A stretch of 64,000 nt of DNA from Candidatus Cloacimonadales bacterium. GTDB taxonomy: Bacteria > Cloacimonadota > Cloacimonadia > Cloacimonadales > DAONDQ01. The position numbers and the translations under genes were made by a program. Shown piece after piece: positions 11,001 to 20,509 of this stretch (position 1 is the first letter of the stretch; every line of letters begins with the position of its first letter). The DNA lies in contig OY759316.1 of the NCBI GenBank assembly GCA_963662275.1, positions 800,001 to 864,000 on the forward strand. The letters are read 5' to 3'. Below the pieces are notes generated by a model. The model did not search any database and was not told the origin of the DNA. It saw nothing but the letters and a program-made list of their open reading frames with translations.

Positions 11001-12467
11001 ATTATTCCCTGTCATAGCTATACCTTCTGCATGTCTGATATATAATGTTGAACCATTCACCGTTGTAAAAGTTCCGTTTGATCCGCCTAAAACTGTATTG
11101 CTATTTTCGAAATCCATTATCGAACCATTTGTTACTGCGAAATTGATTGTATAACTGATTGTAGCCGTCTCTGAAATTGATATTACCGAATAACTTGTAA
11201 AATTGATGTTATTAGCTAGACCGGATCCTGTTTCCGTTAGAGTTCCACCTGTCATTGTCAGGTTTCCTGCAAGATTGATCACTGCGCTTCCCGTTCCGGA
11301 ACTCATGTTCAAAGTACCACCATTGATAATCAAGCTACCGGTCAAAGCAAGAGTCGATGCAGTATTGGCAATTAAACGAAAGGAACCGGTGTTGGTTGCA
11401 TTCATCGTCAAATTTCCCTTAATCGTAACGAGAGCTGAATTTGCACTAATGTTAGTTGTCTGGTCAGGACAATTCCATTTGAAATTTCCAAAAGTCTGAC
11501 CCAATCCAGTTTGTGTTCCTGAAAAAGTAGTATAGCCCATGATTTCACATGTTGAATTAGCATTCCAGGTAGCAGTGGGAATCAAACCGACAGTCGTAGA
11601 AAAATTGCTCTGGTACAAACTACTGTCTCCAAAAGATAATGACCCAGTCGTAGTGATTGTACCCGCATTATTCCTCAGTGTTCCATTAACTGTCATTGTT
11701 TTACCATTTGCAATTGTCATGGTATAACCACTATTGACATTGATCTGACCGCCGTAATCGATGATAGTATTAGAAGTGGAAACATTGCTTGTAACTGTAA
11801 TCGTATGACCACTGAGAATAGTAATGGAATATGCACTACTTGAAGGTGATAATGTGGCAGTTGCCCAGTAACTAGCATCATGGGATGATTGCCAGCTTCC
11901 GGGCGCAGACCAATTCCCGGAAGATGTATTCGAACGGAAATAGTCCGTTGATAATGATGCAAAATTAGTTATGGTTTGAGTACCACCAGTTCCGGCAGAA
12001 CCGGAAACACCTTCATTTCTCAAGATTATATCTGAAGCCTGAACGGTTGCATACATTGTTTTGGTTGTAACTGCATTAGGGGATATATCTGCAACAATCC
12101 AGACATATTGTGTTGCATGTGAATATATAGGATACCAGAACTGAGACCAGCTATGAACCCCAGGTCCCCCAGTCAGATCTCCACCGAGCTGCGAAGCAGA
12201 ACTAAGGGCATCCGTTGTGCCCCACCATAATTGAAACCTAGTGACATCAGATGATGAGTAAGTTCCATAAGTCGTAAAGTTGAGACCAGTTAGATAAGGA
12301 CTGTAACTATCATCAAGTAAATGGAAATGATAAATTGGTTTTTTTATTGTTCCTTGTGATACATTTGCTGAGGAAACTTGCGAATCTACACTTAACACAG
12401 CGAGAGCAGCACAGAAAGATGATATTCCTAACAAGAGTAAGAGAAGAAACCATAATTTTTTATTCAT
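8025..12467 (-). CDS. Large secreted Ser/Thr/Gly/Asn-rich beta-helix, adhesin-like protein with C-terminal sorting (FlgD-Ig/T9SS-like) domain
   Basis: Signal peptide; internal repeats (GATLQTxNTxGI...GSVQTxxR...YxYNG...Q.TG.GLP); LPVELSSF motif; YPNPFNP...WNGQD...SGVYFY C-terminus. Confidence 0.85.
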   Translation of the reverse strand: MNKKLWFLLLLLLGISSFCAALAVLSVDSQVSSANVSQGTIKKPIYHFHLLDDSYSPYLTGLNFTTYGTYSSSDVTRFQLWWGTTDALSSASQLGGDLTGGPGVHSWSQFWYPIYSHATQYVWIVADISPNAVTTKTMYATVQASDIILRNEGVSGSAGTGGTQTITNFASLSTDYFRSNTSSGNWSAPGSWQSSHDASYWATATLSPSSSAYSITILSGHTITVTSNVSTSNTIIDYGGQINVNSGYTMTIANGKTMTVNGTLRNNAGTITTTGSLSFGDSSLYQSNFSTTVGLIPTATWNANSTCEIMGYTTFSGTQTGLGQTFGNFKWNCPDQTTNISANSALVTIKGNLTMNATNTGSFRLIANTASTLALTGSLIINGGTLNMSSGTGSAVINLAGNLTMTGGTLTETGSGLANNINFTSYSVISISETATISYTINFAVTNGSIMDFENSNTVLGGSNGTFTTVNGSTLYIRHAEGIAMTGNNTGCIQTTGTRTFNSNVTYYYLGTTPQITGSGLPATVTNLNSNNISGVGLSGSYTVSGTLQLFRTLAIGSNTLTIGGSVSGSGTLVGGTTSNISVTGTGNVTLPSVSTLNNLTINRSGTSVSVTLGGDCTVEGVLTFSAGNVTITSPRTLTIDGTVIFNAANFVTGTGSFILAAGATLQTTNTVGITSSGSTGSVQTTIRNLSNQANYIYNGTLAQSTGNGLPNTIHDLIINNATNVTLSSLCTVLGSCQLLSGNLSLASSTLTIMGFAIFNATNFVTGSGNFVLNSGATLQTANTSGIASSGNTGSVQTTIRNLSTGANYIYNGNTAQFTGTGLPSNVQNLTISNPITVTLSGSCAVDGTFSVSSGSFNVGSYSLTINGIATFNATNYVNGAGSFVLSNGATLQTANTSGITIYPTASGSVQTASRIFNLGAIYSYNGTSTQVSGTGFPDLCTGTLEVNTSNGISFSLSEARTMSANGNVNLVSGIFNAGTSLTMGSGSTITRSNGIITGTIQGSSPYSVIYSGINKQTGSELSGTGLGNITINLESGNTLTLDRSLTVDNNEHITFIQGSLSLANYNIIMNGSYNDANQFIYTGTGVLSGGNVGNAANVIETVTSPVSIPSVVNTLTIEPGVGNIVTLPNSIAATNLIISNGSIALNNHVLTLSGKDFGFQGSDNISSLNVSLDSTTHQVGSITSIAHTWETTGSFNGTVDISFSYPSTLSTTAHMEVFNRDHVSGESLWNYVATCNSVDHGTYRTVTVLGVTTLNGATKGGLDWTLTGSDLDLPVELSSFTAISSTSLLLVTLQWATESETDNLGFNILRSQNTNLSDAITLNTDVITGTNTSTHHTYNFDDVTVIAPNFYYYWLENIDLNGISNFTGPVMVQVLDQGDPNTPHVIPVATKLNHAYPNPFNPETNISFDLVSASFVNITIYDVKGRKLQTLTSKEWNPGHHSVVWNGQDEYGKEVGSGVYFYHMTAGKYQSSQKVVLVK

Positions 12468-12740
12468 AATAAATCTCCTTTATTTGATGAATGGGTCGTT
12501 TATAATAACTAACAAGACAAGTTCACCGCAAATTACAGGAGTATGAAAATTACTAACGATTACTGGGGATAGGTTACAAGAACCTGAAGAGAAAGAAAAC
12601 CAGCTTAAGCTTTCAGATATCATGATATAATCAAATATCAGATCATATTAATCTGTTCTTCACTAAAAAAGTAATGATATTGCATATAAATTAGTATAGA
12701 TGTCAAGAATTTTTTATGGTTATATTTTCTCCAATTTTCC

Positions 12741-14601
12741 GAGACTGTTCAAAATTAACCTCCATTTTACGCAGCCTTATTGGTAGTGACAGAGAAAAAG
12801 TGGTCTAAGTGCGACCAATCCACATTTTCTTGACATATGCGGGAGATATTTAAACTTGCTAAAAGTGATTCCTGACGCATGATTGGTTGACCTTTATCGA
12901 CCAGTTCTTTGAACCAAAGCGAAAACACAAGGTTGCGGGTGGTTTCTTCAGATTTTAGTCCAAATCTACCGGATGTCACCTTCTTGATTTTGCGGTTCCA
13001 GCGTTCAGAGACATTGGAAGTCAAACCTTTGCTGAGGTGTCTCCAATCACTAATGATATTGCTTTTGATGTATTCGGCGGCGGTTGGGGGAGTAATAGCT
13101 GTCAGGCTTGCGATACCCTTTTTCCTTCCGCCCGCCGTTTCTCTTCGGAAAGCTTTCATAATCCTCTTCTTAAAGAACTTGTCCCTGTCTTCAGGGAGAT
13201 GACATTGACTGATTCTTTTGAAGAGATTTCGTATCTTATGGAACTTACAGAGTTGGTAATGGACTTTTGGAAACACTGTTTTTCTTGCAACTGCTAACGA
13301 TTTACTGCCATCACTGACAATCAGGGTTGGATCTTTCCTGTAGAGCTGTCTGAAGGTTCTGAAACATGCTTCGAATGATTCTTTCTTTGTGTCAGGATAC
13401 AACTCACAAAACAGAGGGATGTGAGTCACAAAATCAACAATACTGATGACATAGTACGGAATACCTTTGATCTTCACATATTTCTCATCAATGCTGATCT
13501 TTCCGCTCCACTTACCGATTGAGTTCAGAATCAGGCTCTGCAGGTCAGCGATTTCATGCCAGAGATTTGAGACTGTAGCTTTACAGGTGTTGAGCAGCAA
13601 AGCTATCGTCTCGAAGTTCATACCGCTTCCAACCAGGTAATGTACCAGCAGACACAGGTTCTTGCGTTCCAGACTATGGAACGGCTTTGCATCGGCGGTT
13701 CTATGGGATGTATTGCCTTTAGCAGTCTTCATTTGTTCCAGGAGTCTGTCACAGATAACAGGTGTATTCTGCTGACCGGCAAGCAGTTTCAGCAGATGTA
13801 CAGCATCACCGCCTACTGTCTTTTTCAGAAGAAGCTTCTGAGCTTGCTTAACTACAGACAGAGAATTGACCTGAGAAGCATATTTGCAGAAAGTGGTATA
13901 GGACATTTTAAAATCATGATGGCTGATGAACTCCTGATACATGACATTTAAAGGTAAAAGCAGGTTATTGATAACAAAATTCTCGATCTGAGGAATACAC
14001 TCCAGCAGGTCAACTTTCCGGCTTAAATATGCCAGGATATCATGACCATGCTGCTCAAACTCTTGCCAGAAATTATGTACATTCCTGCGGTCTGCGTAGT
14101 TAAACAGATCAGCTATTTGCTGAAGTGTAAGGAGGTTGTCTCCGCCTATTCCTACTAATAAGCGTAGAAACGCTATTAAGAACTTGTGGTTTGATGTTGT
14201 CTCAGGCAAAGTGAATGAAAATGGTACGTTAATACTTACATGGTATTGGTTACTTTCATGACTAACACTTACCGCTTCTTGAATTGGAGTGTTTTTTTGT
14301 CATAATATCCTCCCTTTTGTTACCAGGTAACAAATGCCATTGAAGCTATAGCAAAAAACTTGTAAAGAACTATTTTATATGATTTTAACTACACATTTAG
14401 TCAGAAACGGCTTCGAAACATTACTTATAATCGCGTGTTTTTCAATTTTAGTCAAAAAGCTTAACTTGTGATTTGGTGTCCTTAGCAGAGCTTATCTGTC
14501 AATTCTGGAAGGTATGTTAAATTATGACCGTTTCGACCACTTTTTTCAACTTGCTACTTTCTAACTTATTGAATATTATGAATAACTTCATGAACAGTCT
14601 C
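12741..14601 (-). mobile_element. Complete 1861-bp insertion sequence, IS256/Mutator-like superfamily
   Basis: Perfect 11-bp terminal inverted repeats GAGACTGTTCA (12741-12751) and TGAACAGTCTC (14591-14601). 8-bp direct target duplication AATTTTCC at 12733-12740 and 14602-14609. Confidence 0.93.
12767..14209 (-). CDS. DDE transposase with CxxH motif; the true 5' end is probably ATG 14303 via a frameshift
   Basis: SIDEKY, LIVSDG, QLCKFH (CxxH) and TSNVSERWN; two HTH-like segments in the N-terminal half. Confidence 0.9.
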   Translation of the reverse strand: MPETTSNHKFLIAFLRLLVGIGGDNLLTLQQIADLFNYADRRNVHNFWQEFEQHGHDILAYLSRKVDLLECIPQIENFVINNLLLPLNVMYQEFISHHDFKMSYTTFCKYASQVNSLSVVKQAQKLLLKKTVGGDAVHLLKLLAGQQNTPVICDRLLEQMKTAKGNTSHRTADAKPFHSLERKNLCLLVHYLVGSGMNFETIALLLNTCKATVSNLWHEIADLQSLILNSIGKWSGKISIDEKYVKIKGIPYYVISIVDFVTHIPLFCELYPDTKKESFEACFRTFRQLYRKDPTLIVSDGSKSLAVARKTVFPKVHYQLCKFHKIRNLFKRISQCHLPEDRDKFFKKRIMKAFRRETAGGRKKGIASLTAITPPTAAEYIKSNIISDWRHLSKGLTSNVSERWNRKIKKVTSGRFGLKSEETTRNLVFSLWFKELVDKGQPIMRQESLLASLNISRICQENVDWSHLDHFFSVTTNKAA

Positions 14602-14820
14602 AATTTTCCATAGTTGCAGAACGGAAGACGGAAAATTGAAGATCTAAGATTGATCGAGCAGAAAAAGCAGAGAGGGAAAATGGTGGAAGTAACTATATTG
14701 CATAGTAATTCAGTGATGCTTGGTGAATATTCATTGCCGTTTGAAAGCAGCGTTCCGTAAATTCATTGACATACTTCTTACATAATATTTAATGTTAATA
14801 TAATGTTTTTAGGAGGAATT

Positions 14821-15594
14821 ATGAAAGCCATTTATATCCTGATAATTATCGTACTATGTTGCCAATTGCTGTTTGCTGAAGAAGCCAAGACAGAAATTCT
14901 GTTTCCTGATCATCATCTCTGTTTGGAAGCATCCGGAAAAGTTGTAGTAAAAGCAGATAAAGCCGTGTTCAGTTTCACTTCAACAGGCTATGGCGCAACT
15001 TTACGAGCAGCAGTTACAAATGCAAAAGCCCGAGTTTCTGATCTCACTAAAGATCTCGTTGCCGTGGGTATCACAAATGATAGTTTCTCAACAAGCAGTT
15101 TTACCACTGGGAAGAACCTCAATGCTCCATTATTATCAGATAAAAAAGATTATTCAGCTACGTTGAATACTACTGTTACACTCCGTGATCTGACAAAATT
15201 AGATGAAGCAATCCTGATATTAACGGATAAGAAAGCAGAAAACCTGAGTAATATATCTTACTCTCTAGACGATCAGTCAAAAATACGTCAGCAGGCACGA
15301 GAGATAGCTTTTAATCGAATCTGCGAACAGCGAAATACAATTGTACGTATTTTAGGTGTAAATGTCACCGATGTGCTGTTGATCGACGAAGCTCCTTTTG
15401 ATCAGTTACCGTGGAATACTCAACAAGTATATCGAAGTAAAGGCTATGAAAATGCTTATTCAAATACCGTTACAAGCTATGATAAATCTGAACCTGCTAT
15501 GATGTCACCGGATGCTTTGGGTGGAATATACACACCGGATGTGACAGTAGAAACACAAGTCAGAGTTCTGTACCGCGTCGGGCTTAAACAATAG
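14821..15594 (+). CDS. SIMPL (DUF541) domain exported protein
   Basis: Signal peptide; G.V.V.AD.A.F start and TVETQVRVLY end typical of SIMPL; RBS AGGAGG before ATG 14821. Confidence 0.8.
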   Translation: MKAIYILIIIVLCCQLLFAEEAKTEILFPDHHLCLEASGKVVVKADKAVFSFTSTGYGATLRAAVTNAKARVSDLTKDLVAVGITNDSFSTSSFTTGKNLNAPLLSDKKDYSATLNTTVTLRDLTKLDEAILILTDKKAENLSNISYSLDDQSKIRQQAREIAFNRICEQRNTIVRILGVNVTDVLLIDEAPFDQLPWNTQQVYRSKGYENAYSNTVTSYDKSEPAMMSPDALGGIYTPDVTVETQVRVLYRVGLKQ

Positions 15595-15885
15595 GGATAC
15601 TTCATAGTTTCTGGCTGGCTCAGAATGGTTTGATCCAGCCAGTACTTCCAAGAAATTCTATTTCGATAAAGCGTATCAGTAATAGCTTATTTTCAAATTA
15701 TGAACAGAGTAACAACTCTTTCTTGACACGAAATTCTTCAATTCATAAACGTTCCTCAAGTTGTGTAACAAAATATACATGATTTTCTTTAGGGACAAAA
15801 TCTATTATTCGTAGTGAATTTATGGTAGTAACTTATGAAAAACTCATGAGTTGATATCAAACTGTTTAAAAAAGGAATTCATGAT

Positions 15886-17952
15886 ATGAAAGAATTTGAT
15901 GTCGATTTTTTCTCTCAATTAGATACTTTAGTGGAAGAAAATCCACCCCAGTTTCTACAAAATTTTGATAACTATGATAATCAGACTATACAGCCCACTG
16001 CTAAAATGAGATTGAAGTATTACAAAGCCAAAGCACTAGTTATGATGCGAGAGTTGGATAAAGCTGAGGTTTTGGTAATTGATCTCTTGGGGAAAGCAGT
16101 TTCTAAAAACGATTATTTTCTTTTAGCGCAATGCAACCTGCTTTTGAGCAAATGCTATAATAAACAAGAAACACGTTTTCGTGTTAAAACTTGCCTGGAC
16201 AATGCTGAAGAATATGCCATTGCTTCTGATGATTTGGAACTGATTGCGGAAGTTTTTAGTCACATAGGTGTTTACTATGCCCATGAAGGGAATGAAAAAA
16301 TTGCTTTAGAATTCTATCTGAAAGCAGTGGCATTAACAAAAAACTCTAAACCATCGATATCAAAAGCAAATATCCTGGCTCGGATTGGATCATTCTATAA
16401 TCATAATTATCAGTATGATAAAGTGATTGAATACTTGAATCAAGCTTTGGAGATAAGTCAAAAAGCTGGAATTGTATTTTTACAATTGCGATTCATCAAT
16501 AATATTGCCACAACTTATACAATGATGAAAAACTATGCCCAGGCAACAGTGCTGCTCTATAAGGGAATCGAAATCTGCAAACTGCATAGTTTTCCTCGGC
16601 AAATGCTGCAACTGCTTTTTAACCTGGGAGTTCAAAATAACTTCTTGAATCAATATCAAAAAGCAATCGATCTCTATGATCAATGTGATAAATTAGCCAA
16701 AGAACACAATTTAGACGATCCCCCCTTTTTACTTGATCTTTACAATAATGTCGCTCTTTGTCATTGGCAATTGGGTCATTCTGAAGAAACCATCCATTAT
16801 ATGAACCTGGCTGAAGAAATTGTAGAGAAGTCTAATAATCTCGCAGAGATTCATGAATTGCGAGTTAATAAAACTAACATTTTGATGAGTTTAGGGCAAT
16901 TATCGGAAGCGAAAGAGATTCTAGAATCTGCAATTAAATTTTATAAAACACACAAGGATTACAAAGCCCTGTTAATTGCTCAAAGAAATCTAGCACAGCT
17001 CTATGAAAAGCAGAATGAGTATCAGAAGAGTATCAGTGTTTATCGGAAAATAGATGAGATTTATAATGATTATATCGACCAGATCCTAAATGAGAAAGCA
17101 AAATCCCATACACAGCAGATCAGAGAATTGACTGAAAAGTATAATCAAATCAATGTGAATTACAACTCCTTGGCAAAATCTTACCAGGATCAACTCACGT
17201 CCGGTTTTGTTGGTCAAAGTGATGCGCACAAGAAAGTATTGAATTCAGCTCTTTTAGCAGCCCAACATCCGAATGCGAATGTTCTAATTATGGGAGAATC
17301 TGGTACGGGTAAAGAAGTAATTGCCAATATTATTCACCAAAACAGCATCCGCAGGAATTCTCCGTTTGTTTCTATTCATCTTCCATCCGTCTCAGCAGAT
17401 TTGTTGGAAAGCGTATTATTCGGACATACGAAAGGAGCTTTTCCTGGTGCCTCGTCCAAAACCAAAGGCTATATTCTGCAAGCAACTAAAGGGACTCTTT
17501 TCCTGGATGAAATTACCGAATTATCCCTTGAATTTCAAGCAAAACTACAACTGATATTAGATTCCAAAAAAGTGACTCCGGTTGGTGGTTCGGAAGAAAA
17601 TCCTTTTGACAGCCGAATTATTTCTTCCTCGGATCGTGATATCTATGAATTGATGCAGTTGAATGAATTTCAAGCTGATCTATTCCATCGCCTCAATGCA
17701 ATTGAAATATATATTCCACCGTTGCGCAGCAGACCGGAAGATATTGAAATGCTGATTTACTACTTTATCAATAAATACGCTCTTGAATCCAACCGCAATA
17801 AACCACAGGTTGATCATTCGTTTATTGAGAAATTAGTTAAGTATCCATTTCCAGGTAATGTGGGCGAATTAAAAAGCATCATAGAGAAAGTATACAATTT
17901 ATCGGATTCGAATGTTTGGGATGAAAGTATCCTTGAATCTGTGTGCAATTAA
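15886..17952 (+). CDS. TPR-repeat sigma-54-interaction (bEBP) AAA+ protein lacking a C-terminal HTH
   Basis: About 400 aa of TPR-like helices, then GESGTGKE, ESVLFGHTKGAFPGA, TLFLDEI, DLFHRLN, IPPLR and FPGNVGEL. Confidence 0.88.
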   Translation: MKEFDVDFFSQLDTLVEENPPQFLQNFDNYDNQTIQPTAKMRLKYYKAKALVMMRELDKAEVLVIDLLGKAVSKNDYFLLAQCNLLLSKCYNKQETRFRVKTCLDNAEEYAIASDDLELIAEVFSHIGVYYAHEGNEKIALEFYLKAVALTKNSKPSISKANILARIGSFYNHNYQYDKVIEYLNQALEISQKAGIVFLQLRFINNIATTYTMMKNYAQATVLLYKGIEICKLHSFPRQMLQLLFNLGVQNNFLNQYQKAIDLYDQCDKLAKEHNLDDPPFLLDLYNNVALCHWQLGHSEETIHYMNLAEEIVEKSNNLAEIHELRVNKTNILMSLGQLSEAKEILESAIKFYKTHKDYKALLIAQRNLAQLYEKQNEYQKSISVYRKIDEIYNDYIDQILNEKAKSHTQQIRELTEKYNQINVNYNSLAKSYQDQLTSGFVGQSDAHKKVLNSALLAAQHPNANVLIMGESGTGKEVIANIIHQNSIRRNSPFVSIHLPSVSADLLESVLFGHTKGAFPGASSKTKGYILQATKGTLFLDEITELSLEFQAKLQLILDSKKVTPVGGSEENPFDSRIISSSDRDIYELMQLNEFQADLFHRLNAIEIYIPPLRSRPEDIEMLIYYFINKYALESNRNKPQVDHSFIEKLVKYPFPGNVGELKSIIEKVYNLSDSNVWDESILESVCN

Positions 17953-18834
17953 TTTAGAATAGTATAAGGCACCTTCATTATTCAGATGCGGTATATCAGC
18001 GAAATATGCTGTCTTATTAAAAGTTGGAGAATTGTAATAATCCCACACTTCTAGATTAAATTCAGAAGCAATTTGCTTTGTGAGTTGAACTGTATCAAAT
18101 TGAAACGGATATCGTACTGGAGAAATAGCAATCACAAGTTGAATTTTGTTGGACTGGCAGATTTCAATAAAATTCTTCAGGATCTCCACTTTTTGAGGAT
18201 CAATTTGTACTCGAACTCCCACTTTTGGCTTTGGAATACCAGGTTTCATTGTCGTATAAAGCGGATCATACCCATTCAATAGTTTAGGTCCAATTTTTAA
18301 CAGATGTTGGAGAATAGAAGCCGGTAAGGAATTATACCGATATAACATGGAAATATCACTTTTCAGGACTTCTCTTGAGTTAAGTTTCTTCAATTCCCGT
18401 CTTACTTCCGGAAAGTCTGAGGCATATGGCAGTAACGCGCTGACGAGAATAGGTATTTTGTGATCTTTTGGATCATCCTTGAATAATTCATAGGGGTTGA
18501 CATCAAGAATAATGATTTTGGGTTGATAGCGACTAACCACGGATTTGAGGATAATATCAGAATACCGGATATCCATACCATCCCTGCCAAAGTTATATAC
18601 AGACATCCCTAATGAATCGGCAAACACCTGTGGTACATAATGATGATTTGCCCTGGAACTACCAAAAATTAATATATCTTCTTTACAATTCCTCAGAGCA
18701 TAGGTAGTTACGGATGAGTCTCCCCTTTCTTCAAGATAAAAAAAGTGTTTAATTACGAGTCCTAATCCTCTATCAAGAATGACAATAATAAAAATGAGGA
18801 TAAACAGGTTTCTAAAAAACTTCTTCACCTTCAT
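17899..18834 (-). CDS. SGNH-hydrolase-like (AlgJ/DltD-like) partner of the MBOAT acyltransferase
   Basis: N-terminal TM helix, IFGSSR and FADIPHLN (DxxH); directly downstream of the MBOAT gene. Confidence 0.75.
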   Translation of the reverse strand: MKVKKFFRNLFILIFIIVILDRGLGLVIKHFFYLEERGDSSVTTYALRNCKEDILIFGSSRANHHYVPQVFADSLGMSVYNFGRDGMDIRYSDIILKSVVSRYQPKIIILDVNPYELFKDDPKDHKIPILVSALLPYASDFPEVRRELKKLNSREVLKSDISMLYRYNSLPASILQHLLKIGPKLLNGYDPLYTTMKPGIPKPKVGVRVQIDPQKVEILKNFIEICQSNKIQLVIAISPVRYPFQFDTVQLTKQIASEFNLEVWDYYNSPTFNKTAYFADIPHLNNEGALYYSKLIAHRFKDTFIPNIRIR

Positions 18835-18840
18835 CTTCCT

Positions 18841-20262
18841 TTAGAACTGAAAATAGATAAATTGACTGCCATTAAACACACCAATCATTAAGATAAGGAT
18901 AATAAGAGCAGAATATCCCGTATATCGGATTATTCTATTTTGATTATTGAGAATTGAGAAATTCAGATTTTGGAGAAATTCAATTTTAAATTCTATACTT
19001 ATTAACAAGATAATCATCAAAATACTATATACAAAACCGGATGGAGAACCTAGGAAAAAGGAACCTTTCTTGAATATCACAATGCTGTGCGTAATGCTAT
19101 AAGCATCAGAAAGAGAATTGGCTCTAAAGAATATCCAGGAAAAGCAAACTAATATGAAAGTAAAAATAGTAGAGACTACTCGGTATCCGGTTTTAAATAT
19201 ATTAGCAAGAAATTGCGTATATTTTTTAAATACCAGACCGGTAATAAGAAACAACCCATGTAAAGCGCCCCAGATGATATATGTCCAATTAGCCCCATGC
19301 CATAAACCACTGATCAGAAAGACAATCAACAGGTTTCGATACCACTTGAACTTGGAGACTCTGCTTCCTCCTAACGGGATGTAGAGATAATCTCTGAACC
19401 AACTGGATAGGGAGATATGCCAGCGACTCCAGAATTCATGGATGGATTGGGAAAAATATGGTCTTTTGAAATTAGTCATCAGTTTAAATCCCATCACACG
19501 TGCAGAACCGAGAGCTATATCTGAATAACCGGAGAAATCACAATAAATTTGAAAGGCAAAAAAAACAGTGGCACAGACCAGTGTTTGAGCACTGTGTAGA
19601 GCTTGATTATTATAAACGGCATTAACGTAAATCGATAACCTGTCAGCAATAACAATTTTTTTAAAGAAACCCCACAGCATTTGTTTTAACCCATTAGCTA
19701 CCCGGTCGTAGTCAAAATAATGGACTTCTCTAAATTGATGTAAGAGGTTTTGTGGTCTTTCTATTGGACCGGCAACTAACTGCGGATAAAACATCACATA
19801 CAGGGCATATATGCCAAAGTGTTTTTCAGCTTTCTGGTTCTTCCTATAAACCTCAATAGTATAACTCATTGCCTGGAAAGTATGAAAAGAAAGCCCGATA
19901 GGTAATAATATAGATAAATTAGGAATGGTGTTCACATAACCTAGACTATTTAAGAAAAGGGATAAATTCAGATTCAGAAAATTATAATATTTAAAAACGG
20001 CTAATACACCAATATTAGCACAGAGACTAGCAATTAAGAAGATTTTTCTTTTTCTGCCTTCGATTTTTTCTAACCAAATTCCGGCAAAATAATCTATGAT
20101 GATTGTAAATCCCAAAATACATATGTAGATTGGAATAAATGCCATATAAAAATAACAACTGCCCAGAAGTAGTAATAACCATCGTTTTGGATGAGGTATT
20201 ACAAAATAAAGAGTCGTTATTATGATAAAAAATGCGATGAAGTGTAACGAATTAAATAACAT
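18841..20262 (-). CDS. MBOAT family O-acyltransferase (AlgI/DltB-like)
   Basis: MLFNS start, LPIGLSFHTFQ, FYPQLVAGPIER, DFSGYSDIA, FWSRWHISLSSWFRDYLYIPLGG and SGLWHGA. Confidence 0.93.
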   Translation of the reverse strand: MLFNSLHFIAFFIIITTLYFVIPHPKRWLLLLLGSCYFYMAFIPIYICILGFTIIIDYFAGIWLEKIEGRKRKIFLIASLCANIGVLAVFKYYNFLNLNLSLFLNSLGYVNTIPNLSILLPIGLSFHTFQAMSYTIEVYRKNQKAEKHFGIYALYVMFYPQLVAGPIERPQNLLHQFREVHYFDYDRVANGLKQMLWGFFKKIVIADRLSIYVNAVYNNQALHSAQTLVCATVFFAFQIYCDFSGYSDIALGSARVMGFKLMTNFKRPYFSQSIHEFWSRWHISLSSWFRDYLYIPLGGSRVSKFKWYRNLLIVFLISGLWHGANWTYIIWGALHGLFLITGLVFKKYTQFLANIFKTGYRVVSTIFTFILVCFSWIFFRANSLSDAYSITHSIVIFKKGSFFLGSPSGFVYSILMIILLISIEFKIEFLQNLNFSILNNQNRIIRYTGYSALIILILMIGVFNGSQFIYFQF

Positions 20263-20368
20263 AAATTCCTTAATTAATTTATTTGACGTGAAAATCACTT
20301 AAGAAATTTAAATGTCAAGCGTAAAACTTCATTGTTTAGTAAATATGGAATATTAGCCATTGTAGATC

Positions 20369-20418
20369 AGCAACACAATTTGTTAAGTTGTGCTGCAACC
20401 TAACAAGTTGAGACACGA
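20369..20418. repeat. Isolated REP doublet related to the RAYT-flanking REPs
   Basis: Reverse complement TCGTGTCTCAACTTGTTAGGTTG matches TCGTATCTCGGCTTGTTAAGCCG with compensatory stem changes. Confidence 0.7.
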
Positions 20419-20509
20419 TCAAACCCCCTGAACTATTTCCAATTCAGTTCTGTTCTGTACAAATCTGGTCTGCTCTGAACCAATTACTTAATACCGATTA
20501 CCTTATGCC

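Noticed and set aside
8464..11962. Antisense and alternate-frame ORFs inside the 1480-aa gene (and similar shadows in secA, purH and the GH57 gene)
   Set aside because: They are fully nested in well-supported genes and show no recognisable motifs.
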